DNA from: a virus
Virus record (IMG/VR): IMGVR_UViG_3300042867_001113
DNA: 64,000 nt
Reading direction: 5' to 3' (one strand)
The number at the start of each line of letters is the position of its first letter. The first letter of the stretch is position 1. A program made the translations under genes and the position numbers. The notes beneath the pieces were generated by a model that did no database searches, was not told the DNA's origin, and was given only the letters and a program-made list of their open reading frames with translations. Positions 8,101 to 16,151 of the stretch are shown here, one piece after another.

Positions 8101-9045
8101 TCAGCCACCCAAGGGAGGAACAACCACCGCAGGCACGCCGGGGCAGAGGATCATCGTGACCTCCACCTTCGGGTCGCACTGACGGAGTCCCAGCGTGTCG
8201 TCGTAGGCGTAGCCGTAGGCCGTGCTGTGACAGCCTGCGTGAACCGCCTTGACGTACTTGGTCTGCACCACGGGACCGGCGCTGCACTGAGCTGGAGAGA
8301 CCGGAGGAGTCGGGCAGCAGTAGGGGGCAGGAGCGTCCGCAGACGGAGGCTGCTGGCCCTTGCCACCGAAGGTCGGGTACGTGAGCGCCGCGCACGGCGA
8401 GAAGCAGGCCCCGGCTTCCCCAGCGACGCGAAGGTCGACAGCTGAAAACTCAGGGTGCTGCTGCGCGAGGCCCTGCGAGAGGTTTTCTGATGTCGGACAT
8501 TGGTTCAAGTCGAGGCCAGAGCAATCCACATCCATGCATCCGTTGGACTCGGTAGACGCTTCGATCCGGAACGGCAAAGTGAAGCCGTCGACAGCAGACG
8601 CGTTCCAGAAGGTGTTGGCGACTGGGTTCCCCTGAGCGGTCACCGCGCACTTCGTCTTGTCCTCAAGAGAGCAACCCCAGGTCGCTTCCAGTTTGGAGTC
8701 GACCGGCGGCGCGCATCCTGCGGGTGGGCACGGGGGAGACGACTGACCGACCTTGCAGTTGTTGCCGATGTCATCGCAGCCGGTCTTGGGCCAGTAGCGC
8801 ACGGAGGGAAGACCCGCGTCTGGGATTGGGAACGTCGCCGTGTCGCCCTTGATGAGCTTCGTCACGTCAGGCGAGCCCGTGTGGCCCTGCTGCTGCACCC
8901 ACACCGTGTCGGCGCACTGGTTGAGGATCTTGAGAGAGCGGCCCTCGGCCAGCTTCGGACCTGCGTCCGGAGCTGCGGGTGCCGGAGGTGTCGGGCACCC
9001 CGTGAAAAAGGCCGCGACCACGAGCACCGCATAGAAAATCTTCAT
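8101..9045 (-). CDS. thaumatin-like (PR-5) lipoprotein
   Basis: Signal peptide with FFTGC lipobox; NQCADTVW, RYWPKTGC, SAVDGFTLP, CFSPC, YCC and YGYAYDD thaumatin motifs. Confidence 0.9.
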   Translation of the reverse strand: MKIFYAVLVVAAFFTGCPTPPAPAAPDAGPKLAEGRSLKILNQCADTVWVQQQGHTGSPDVTKLIKGDTATFPIPDAGLPSVRYWPKTGCDDIGNNCKVGQSSPPCPPAGCAPPVDSKLEATWGCSLEDKTKCAVTAQGNPVANTFWNASAVDGFTLPFRIEASTESNGCMDVDCSGLDLNQCPTSENLSQGLAQQHPEFSAVDLRVAGEAGACFSPCAALTYPTFGGKGQQPPSADAPAPYCCPTPPVSPAQCSAGPVVQTKYVKAVHAGCHSTAYGYAYDDTLGLRQCDPKVEVTMILCPGVPAVVVPPLGG

Positions 9046-9083
9046 GGAAAACTCCGCACCTCGGAAATCGAGGTCGGCGGACC

Positions 9084-9302
9084 TTACCCTACGATCACGT
9101 CCGGGCGAAGGGCCTCGACGTCCACAGGTGGCTTCCCACAGACACCGCACTTCGCGGGCGCTTGGCGGCAGTTGATGCTGACCCGATTGCAGCACCGAGC
9201 GGCCCACACGACCTCTTCCTTCTGCTCAAGGAAGAGTGGCAGCAGCAACAGTCGGACGATCGGGTCGTCGCGCAGAGGAACGGGTGTCTCCGAGTCGCTC
9301 AT
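9084..9302 (-). CDS. small Cys-rich protein
   Basis: RCC...CGVC motifs; abuts the upstream gene. Confidence 0.55.
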   Translation of the reverse strand: MSDSETPVPLRDDPIVRLLLLPLFLEQKEEVVWAARCCNRVSINCRQAPAKCGVCGKPPVDVEALRPDVIVG

Positions 9303-9532
9303 CAGACCACCTCCGGAATTGGAATAACGTCGACGATGTCAGGCGGGCAGATGACCGACAGCGTGCGCCCGTTGTCCCAGCGGATTCCAAGTTGCCATTC
9401 CTTGGAGACCCCAGATGGGCTCCGCTCAAAGACCGTGACGGTGTGGACGGTCCCCTCAGTCCCGACAGGGATCGGGTCAGGGTCGTCAGGCATGTGGACG
9501 AGGCGGACGCGGTCACCTTTTTTCACGTTCAA
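9302..9532 (-). CDS. DUF4314-like protein
   Basis: GDRVRLVHMxDD..PIPVGTEGTV...WDNGRTL. Confidence 0.8.
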   Translation of the reverse strand: MNVKKGDRVRLVHMPDDPDPIPVGTEGTVHTVTVFERSPSGVSKEWQLGIRWDNGRTLSVICPPDIVDVIPIPEVV

Positions 9533-9540
9533 GTGGCACC

Positions 9541-10713
9541 TCAGAAGGGGAGGACGGTTGGCTTCTCGGGGACGTAGGGGGCGGGTGCTTTCGGCAGGTT
9601 TATGACCGGGGTGTGCGAGGTGATCATCGTCTGCTTCACCGCCGCCGCCTTTATAGCCGCCTTCGATGCCGCCGCTGCGTCAGCGAGAGCTTGCGCGTTG
9701 TCGACATGCTTCATCACGCTCGCCATGTCTGCGCTGATGGCCGCGACGTCGATGTAGGTCGGGGTCTTCTTGTAGACCTGCGTGATCAGGTCTGTGACCT
9801 GAGGAAGGTAGCTCGCGTCGCACATCCACGCCTTCGTTGCGGCGTCCCAGCTTCGATCCTTGTAGGGGATCATGTTCTTGAACCCCGCGATGAATGTCGC
9901 GTCGTAGGGCGTGTTGATCTTCAGGCTGTTCCCGTTCTTCTCGATTCGGCAGGTGGACACGGGGCCTCCGGGTGCTGGGGTTGCCTGCACTGTAACAGGC
10001 GTCAGCGTCGGCTTCAGTACCGCCGAGGTTGCGAGGAAGGCTTCCACCTCGACACGAGCATCCGCCAGTCCGACGGACATTGGGTAGTGCGTCTGGACGA
10101 TGGTGGCGAAGGCATCGAGGTGCTTCGGGTCAACACCGAACATCCGACGACCCGGTTTCGGAGAGGGGAAATTCACCGCGCCAAGACTGTGGAGCTTATG
10201 ACGTGCTGCTGGGCAGCGGGGACCGTCGACGAAGATTCGAGGGCCCTTTGATGTGAGGGGGTCGAAACGGACCACGGCATCCCCAGTAGCTGCCTCGCCG
10301 TTCCAGAGAGCCGCGACACCGAGGTACCCGAGCCATCGAGCGACTTCAGAGCAGGCTTTCAGCACCTTCCAGCGGGTGCTGTCGTAGCTCAGGATCTTCT
10401 CGATCTTGCGGATCGCGATGCGCCAGTCTGTCCCGTCGAGGTTCAGCGTGAGCATGCCGAGCAGGTCGGCATACGTTGCTTGCGCGTCGGGGGTGATGCT
10501 GGTGTCGGGGTTGATTGTCAGGAGCGCCATGAGCGCCTCTGGAGGGTTCGCTGGGATGCTGTTCGCGAGGAGCTTGTTGTCCTGCTTCCGGCAGATAGGA
10601 CCGATGCCCGCCTCGATGGAGGCCATGTCCGTCAGGTCTTTCCGACACCGGCAGCACGATCGGCCTGTGTGCGACTTGAACTGCGGGGCGACATTGCTTG
10701 TGTTGATGTCCAT
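9541..10713 (-). CDS. zinc-finger (DUF6011-like) multidomain protein
   Basis: CxxC..LTDxxSIExGIGPIC N-terminus; PYD..RSWDxxxKAW small domain; GGAGGAG RBS. Confidence 0.75.
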   Translation of the reverse strand: MDINTSNVAPQFKSHTGRSCCRCRKDLTDMASIEAGIGPICRKQDNKLLANSIPANPPEALMALLTINPDTSITPDAQATYADLLGMLTLNLDGTDWRIAIRKIEKILSYDSTRWKVLKACSEVARWLGYLGVAALWNGEAATGDAVVRFDPLTSKGPRIFVDGPRCPAARHKLHSLGAVNFPSPKPGRRMFGVDPKHLDAFATIVQTHYPMSVGLADARVEVEAFLATSAVLKPTLTPVTVQATPAPGGPVSTCRIEKNGNSLKINTPYDATFIAGFKNMIPYKDRSWDAATKAWMCDASYLPQVTDLITQVYKKTPTYIDVAAISADMASVMKHVDNAQALADAAAASKAAIKAAAVKQTMITSHTPVINLPKAPAPYVPEKPTVLPF

Positions 10714-10902
10714 CGGGTGCTCCTCCGAAAACCGTTCCGGTGATGCTGATGTAACTCGTGATCGTCAGATCCGTTTTCTGCGCTCGTATGAACAACAGCC
10801 GTGCTGGACCGTAGAAAACTCATGTTTCCGCGAACCTTGAGGTGATTCCCGCTGAAGACTGGGGCCGCAGATCATGCCCCGAGGGGCAGGGGGTTCGGAC
10901 AT

Positions 10903-10944
10903 TCCACGAGCGGGTTTGCCCACTCCACGAGCGGGTTTGCCCAC
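10903..10944. repeat. perfect 21-bp tandem repeat (2 copies)
   Basis: TCCACGAGCGGGTTTGCCCAC at 10903-10923 and 10924-10944. Confidence 0.95.
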
Positions 10945-11116
10945 ATACAGCCCCGATCCCCGTACATCGCGTCCGGAAGCCATTTTCACGGGTGATCACC
11001 AGATCTGGGATCGAGCAATATCTTTTTTTGAATTTATTTTCGCGCAGATCACCGCGTTCGGAAGCCGTTTTCCGCGCAGATCCGCAGATCAGTTCATTTG
11101 AACTCGGACGTGACTG

Positions 11117-11144
11117 TTGACTTCAACGCGGCTGGTGTTATGAT
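11117..11144 (+). promoter_or_regulatory. sigma-70-like promoter with extended -10
   Basis: TTGACT-N16-TATGAT with TG before the -10. Confidence 0.75.
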
Positions 11145-11182
11145 GATCTCACGGCACGGATGCCGCACCGAAGGAGCCCGCC

Positions 11183-11383
11183 ATGATCGCCATCGCTACT
11201 GTCCTCGCCACTGTCCCCAGCAGCAGCAACCCCGAGGTGGTCTACACGATCAAGCGCGGGGCCGACGGCAACGTCTACTGCAGCTGCCCCGCGTGGAAGT
11301 TTCAGAAGCTCAACCCCGCGCAGCGCACCTGCAAGCACCTCCGCAACCTCGCCGCCAGCATGAAGCAGCACGCCGCGAAGTGA
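11183..11383 (+). CDS. SWIM zinc-finger protein
   Basis: CSCPAW...CKH; AAGGAG RBS. Confidence 0.85.
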   Translation: MIAIATVLATVPSSSNPEVVYTIKRGADGNVYCSCPAWKFQKLNPAQRTCKHLRNLAASMKQHAAK

Positions 11384-11469
11384 GCTGCAGCTGCCCCGCG
11401 CAACGCAGCCTCCCCCGGTCAGCCCGGGGTTCAGGCGTAGCGGCACGGTTGCCGCGCAAGGAGCAAAAC

Positions 11470-11682
11470 ATGCGAACCCCCAAGACCACCAAGCTTCAAA
11501 TTGTCGAACGCGCCACGGGCGTGGTGCTCGACGCAGACGCTGCCCCCACAGCGTTTCTCTGCGCCAAGGGTGGACCCGCCGTCAAGCGTGATGGGTGCTG
11601 GTTCGAGACTCGCTACGAGGGGTTCGAGGTGCGCGACGGCGAGCAGATCTACGACGTCCGGGTCCGCGCCACTCGCGGTTGA
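11470..11682 (+). CDS. hypothetical protein
   Basis: AAGGAG then ATG at 11470. Confidence 0.65.
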   Translation: MRTPKTTKLQIVERATGVVLDADAAPTAFLCAKGGPAVKRDGCWFETRYEGFEVRDGEQIYDVRVRATRG

Positions 11683-11736
11683 ACTGAAGTTACTTCCCTC
11701 CCACAACCCGGCACGAATGCCGACTTGGAGAATGTC

Positions 11737-12015
11737 ATGAAAGCCGTCATCGGAAACACCTTCCCCGTGAAGGAGCAGATCAAAGCCCTCGGCGGTCGAT
11801 GGGACGGCATGAAAAAGTGCTGGAACGTCCCTGACGAGAAGTTCGATGCCGCGATGGCGCTCGTCACAGGAGCGGGCCCGAAGGGCAGCTACGTCGCCTC
11901 GACAGGCTCGGTGCGCGCCGCTCCCCGCCCATCGAAGGGGTGGCGACCCTGCGGCTACCCGGGCTGCAACAGAGCGCACTGCGATGAGTGCGATGGAGCC
12001 GGGTTCTACGGATGA
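11737..12015 (+). CDS. small protein with GGRWD..KCW (DUF5710-like) domain and Cys tail
   Basis: NTFPVKEQIKALGGRWD..W; C-terminal Cys cluster. Confidence 0.75.
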   Translation: MKAVIGNTFPVKEQIKALGGRWDGMKKCWNVPDEKFDAAMALVTGAGPKGSYVASTGSVRAAPRPSKGWRPCGYPGCNRAHCDECDGAGFYG

Positions 12016-12221
12016 CGCTCGATTGGATTGCCTGCAATGTCTGCGAAGACGACGGGTTCGTTTGGATCCCGTGCGTCCGCTACAGCACCGCGCACTGGCG
12101 CCGGAAGGGCGAATCGGAGTTTTCCATTGTGAAACACCGCGAGCGCTTCCGCTACCCGTGCGAATGCGCGCGCGGTTCGGCTTGGATCGAGGACCAAAGA
12201 CGAGGCAAGGATCCTGACTGA
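12012..12221 (+). CDS. small zinc-finger protein
   Basis: CNVC...CEC; ATGA overlap. Confidence 0.6.
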   Translation: MTLDWIACNVCEDDGFVWIPCVRYSTAHWRRKGESEFSIVKHRERFRYPCECARGSAWIEDQRRGKDPD

Positions 12222-12223
12222 GG

Positions 12224-12706
12224 TCAGCCGGATTTCGATGATCGAACGCCGCGCTTCTTCCAGTTCTCCAGCACCTTCACGCGCTTCTGCAAGTTCGCCA
12301 GCACGGCTTGGTTGTCCGCACACGCACAAGGAGCCCCTGCCTGCACCACAGGGGCGTCAGGAGCGGCCTCCGACGAATCCTCGTTTGAGGGAGGAGCACT
12401 CATCAGCTCGCCCTCCAGCGACACCTTCAGTTCGGAGACAGCCTGTGGGTCCACGTCCTTCGCCAGCGCAATCGCCTTCATGCGCTCATCGTGGCCAGCC
12501 TGCAGGACCATCTGCAGCTTCTTGCCGATGCCTGCCACGAGGACTGCGAACGCCATAAGCGCTCCGAGCAGACCGGACCCTTCCATTGTGGACGGCGACG
12601 TGGCTGGAGCCTGCGAGGGGTCAACAGCGATACTCGCGAGGTCATCGGGAGTCAGCCCCTCCGTCGGCGCGTCGTTCACGAGGGCCGCTTCTTCTTCTGG
12701 GTTCAT
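12224..12706 (-). CDS. membrane-anchored hypothetical protein
   Basis: One hydrophobic segment LLGALMAFAVLVAGIG. Confidence 0.7.
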   Translation of the reverse strand: MNPEEEAALVNDAPTEGLTPDDLASIAVDPSQAPATSPSTMEGSGLLGALMAFAVLVAGIGKKLQMVLQAGHDERMKAIALAKDVDPQAVSELKVSLEGELMSAPPSNEDSSEAAPDAPVVQAGAPCACADNQAVLANLQKRVKVLENWKKRGVRSSKSG

Positions 12707-12841
12707 GGATGCCTCGGGTCAAGTTTTCAACTGACCCTGAGCATAACCCACATTGAAACGAGCTGAAAGCCGAGCCCGTAAGCCAGTCCATGCGGTGTTA
12801 CTCTCCGCAGACCCCTCCACAAGACGCTCGTAAGGACACCC

Positions 12842-13093
12842 ATGTCACGCAAGAATTCCACCGAAAACCCGAAGTTCATCGCCTCCCGGCCTCTCGTCGG
12901 CGAGATGCGGTCCGTTATCAAGCGGTCGATCGACCTGTGCCCCGAGGCCGATCCTGAGATGCTCATGGCCGAGCTGTTTCAGCGGTTCGTTGACGATGGG
13001 CTCATCGAGCAGGCTGACTGGGCGGAAGACCTCGTCCTCTCGATGGCCATCGCGGAAGTCGACGCCATGTGGGCGAGAGCGGAGGTCGTGTGA
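12842..13093 (+). CDS. hypothetical protein
   Basis: AAGGA then ATG. Confidence 0.7.
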   Translation: MSRKNSTENPKFIASRPLVGEMRSVIKRSIDLCPEADPEMLMAELFQRFVDDGLIEQADWAEDLVLSMAIAEVDAMWARAEVV

Positions 13094-13257
13094 AGCAGCC
13101 CAAGCTCAGGACGCGTTCCTACGTCGCTCGACAGGCGTGGGACCGGGGAGGTGCTGGTCCGCATCGGGATCAGAAGGCTCATGCGAAGCGGCGGGCCTGC
13201 AGGGGCCGCGTCACAGCCGACGATTGAGGACCATACGGGCCTGTTACTGGACTGGGT

Positions 13258-14421
13258 ATGAAGCATCCGAAGTACCCTCTGTATATGGAAGGCGACCCGT
13301 CTCCGGTGATGCCTGACGGCGCGACACTCTGGACGAAGCCGGAGGTGACGGACAAGCCAGCGATGTCCTACGAGCGGGTCGACGGGTCGAGGCTCATCAG
13401 GACGATCGGCGACCTCTACCGCTACACGCAGCATCTGATCGGGGAAGGGTTCAAGGGGAACCCCCGTCCCGGCGTTCTGGACATGGACCGGAACGAGATC
13501 CTGCTGACGCTCGGCTCCATCAGCGCGCACAGGAACGCGAAGGACTTCGGCATCGACGACATGGCGTTGACTCCACGAGAGGAGATCGCCCGAGACTCGT
13601 CCATCCTGCACCACTGGCAGCATCATCGCTGGGATGCCAACGGGCGCTTCATCTACGACCTCACCGTCGAAATCGCCCAAGCCTTCCTCGATACAGACCT
13701 CACCGTCGTCCCTGAAGACATCGCTCTCCCTGAGAGCACCTGCTACATCGCGGTCCCCGCAAGCCTTGGCTTGAAGGTGTGGCACGCAGCCACCGGCTTC
13801 CACGACCTCGATGGCTTCTACGTCACGCTCTCCGACGAGATCTTCACCATCGTCGCTTGTGGCTTCGCTCAACCGGGTCGCCCCAGCTACGACAACGCCC
13901 TCGCATCCTTTACCTTCGCCAGCTTGGGGAAACAGACCGTCGCTGAGTGGATTGCAAAGGAAGAACTCGATCCAGTCTCGACGAAGATCATGGGGCCGAA
14001 CGCAGCCCAAGTTCCCATCTGGACTCGGCTCGTCGTCAACGCCCTGCTCTACATCAGCAACGTCCGCGAAGACGTTCGCCACGACGTGGACTACGGTGTG
14101 CCCTCCAAGAAGATAGAGCACGCGAAACGAATCCAAGGGCGTCGCGTTCGTGAGAAGTACCTGAGCGAGTGGCGGGTGCGCTGCCGCTACCACATCCTCG
14201 GCGAAGCGGTGCAGAAGGCTCTTGGTTCCTCCACAGGCGGGACCAGCGTCGAGGGCACATCCCCGCAGGTGCGCTTCTCTGTGCGGGGACACTGGCGTCA
14301 GCAGCCTCATGGCCCTCAGAACTCCCTGCGGAAGCTGCTGTGGATCCAACCTTTCTGGAAGGGTGCAGACAAGGAACCATCAGACACACCACGGATAACC
14401 CATATCGTGAAAGTGGTCTGA
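13258..14421 (+). CDS. conserved phage protein with C-terminal VRGHWR motif
   Basis: VRGHWRQQ..G....KLLWIQPFWKG; 387-aa ORF. Confidence 0.8.
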   Translation: MKHPKYPLYMEGDPSPVMPDGATLWTKPEVTDKPAMSYERVDGSRLIRTIGDLYRYTQHLIGEGFKGNPRPGVLDMDRNEILLTLGSISAHRNAKDFGIDDMALTPREEIARDSSILHHWQHHRWDANGRFIYDLTVEIAQAFLDTDLTVVPEDIALPESTCYIAVPASLGLKVWHAATGFHDLDGFYVTLSDEIFTIVACGFAQPGRPSYDNALASFTFASLGKQTVAEWIAKEELDPVSTKIMGPNAAQVPIWTRLVVNALLYISNVREDVRHDVDYGVPSKKIEHAKRIQGRRVREKYLSEWRVRCRYHILGEAVQKALGSSTGGTSVEGTSPQVRFSVRGHWRQQPHGPQNSLRKLLWIQPFWKGADKEPSDTPRITHIVKVV

Positions 14422-14465
14422 GCCCTGCTAGGGTCTTCAAGTCCGCTTCGGACATTGAGGTTCAT

Positions 14466-15062
14466 ATGAGCATGGTTCCAGTGAAATACTGGCAGGGTGG
14501 AAAGCCGTGGGGCACCGAACAGATTTTCACCGGCGTCTCGATGGGAGGAAGCGGCTGCGTCATCAGCTCCGCCGCCATCGTCCTCTCGATGCTGCTGGGG
14601 AAGGTCATAACGCCGATGGACGTGCTGACCATGTGTCGCAAGACGCCCGGTTCCCTCGTCAACAGCCGAGGGAAGTCCCCCGGCAGCTTGATGGTCTGGC
14701 CGGTGGTCTGCAAAGCCTTCGGCGTGCTCTGCGATGAGTCGGTGGCTGGGGTGCCGGGGCTCAAAGGCATCCACGACTTTGGAAAACTGAAAGTCGACGA
14801 CAACGCGGACCTCGCTGGGACATTGGCAGAGGCGATGACGCACGGGCTGGCCGCAGTGCGCGTGGACATCGACGGCGACGGGAAGGGTGACCACACCATT
14901 GCGTGCGTCGGTCGTGACGGTGACGGCTTCCTGTGCAGCGATCCTGCCCTTGGCAAGACGATCACCCTCGACGCGAACTTGGAGAAGCCCGACGTGTTCT
15001 GGGGCCCAAAGCAGAAGCTCTATCGGGCTGTCGCTGTCCGAGCGGTCTACCTCACGAAGTGA
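14466..15062 (+). CDS. peptidase C39-like protein
   Basis: GCVISSAAIVL catalytic Cys, DHTI His and SDP Asp; GAGG RBS. Confidence 0.7.
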   Translation: MSMVPVKYWQGGKPWGTEQIFTGVSMGGSGCVISSAAIVLSMLLGKVITPMDVLTMCRKTPGSLVNSRGKSPGSLMVWPVVCKAFGVLCDESVAGVPGLKGIHDFGKLKVDDNADLAGTLAEAMTHGLAAVRVDIDGDGKGDHTIACVGRDGDGFLCSDPALGKTITLDANLEKPDVFWGPKQKLYRAVAVRAVYLTK

Positions 15063-15302
15063 TCAAAAGCTCCCTTTCAAGAACGCCATGAAGGTTCCGG
15101 TCTTTCGGTCATGCGTGATCGAAAACTGGACCTTCGCGTCTATGCACGCGCGCTCCAGCATGAAGTCCAGCCTGCCCTGAACGAAATCCTGCACCAGCGC
15201 CTCAGCAATCTTCGTCGTTGATGCGTCCATGAACGGGCTTCGGATGATGCTAGCTGCCTCGGCGTTTATCGAGTCGAGCGCCTGTTGTGGGGTGAACTTC
15301 AT
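15063..15302 (-). CDS. hypothetical protein
   Basis: ATGA overlap with the upstream gene. Confidence 0.6.
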   Translation of the reverse strand: MKFTPQQALDSINAEAASIIRSPFMDASTTKIAEALVQDFVQGRLDFMLERACIDAKVQFSITHDRKTGTFMAFLKGSF

Positions 15303-15604
15303 GGCAGCACTCTGATGGTCCCGACTGGGTCGGAAAGAAGTGACAGTCGACCCTTTGGCTCCGGAACGCTTGAAAGTTGGGCCGATATGGTCCCCGGCTG
15401 CCCATCGATGCACTCGTAGAAGCGTCCCGTTGGAGGACCGACGAGCATCGAGGCACCTTGCGTCACTGGGTAGACGTTCAGATCCTGCGGCTGCTCGTAG
15501 GATGGAACATCGCACGAGCTTGGATCTTCAGTCGGCCCACCCAAAGTCACGGGGTAGACGTTGAGTGGTTGAGGCTGCTCCCAAGACGGTTTCTCGCACG
15601 GCAT
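15299..15604 (-). CDS. hypothetical protein with internal duplication
   Basis: PS(W/Y)EQPQxLNVYPVT occurs twice. Confidence 0.7.
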   Translation of the reverse strand: MPCEKPSWEQPQPLNVYPVTLGGPTEDPSSCDVPSYEQPQDLNVYPVTQGASMLVGPPTGRFYECIDGQPGTISAQLSSVPEPKGRLSLLSDPVGTIRVLP

Positions 15605-15618
15605 GGAGACCTCAGGTG

Positions 15619-16143
15619 TCAGCTGTTGAGCGTGATGACGTCTTCGAGGCTGACATCAGGGTCGGATGCTGCCAACGATGCGAGGTCCACAGCAACTGCG
15701 TTGACCGCTGCGCTGTCAGAGGCAGCAAGGATCTCGTCTCGCTTGAGGTAGTAGTGCTGGAGGACGGACTTGATCCAGTCGATCGCCGTCTGAATCAGAT
15801 CCCGGCGATTGGTGTACCCGAGCACTTGGGCCTCTTGGTAGAGCATCATCAGGGAACGCTGCTGGGCATCGGAGTAACGCGCCTCAATAACATGCTGCGT
15901 CACGTCGACCTTCAGTTTATGAATGGCTCGTTCTTTGGTGCGAGCCAGTCTTTCTGCGGCCACAGAGAGCGCCACAGCTGACGAAAACTCAGCGTGTAAC
16001 TCTTCAAGCGCGACATCGTCCATCTCGATGCGATTGGGCGGGCAGACATCACCTGCTCTGAGGAGCAGCGAACTGTCGACACTCCCTACAGGTCGTCCAC
16101 GTGGGTCATCCGGACCTACAAGCAAAACAGCGTACAAAGTCAT
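15619..16143 (-). CDS. putative tail-fibre-associated (chaperone-like) protein
   Basis: Directly downstream of a fibre gene; helical C-terminus. Confidence 0.5.
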   Translation of the reverse strand: MTLYAVLLVGPDDPRGRPVGSVDSSLLLRAGDVCPPNRIEMDDVALEELHAEFSSAVALSVAAERLARTKERAIHKLKVDVTQHVIEARYSDAQQRSLMMLYQEAQVLGYTNRRDLIQTAIDWIKSVLQHYYLKRDEILAASDSAAVNAVAVDLASLAASDPDVSLEDVITLNS

Positions 16144-16151
16144 GAGTCACC

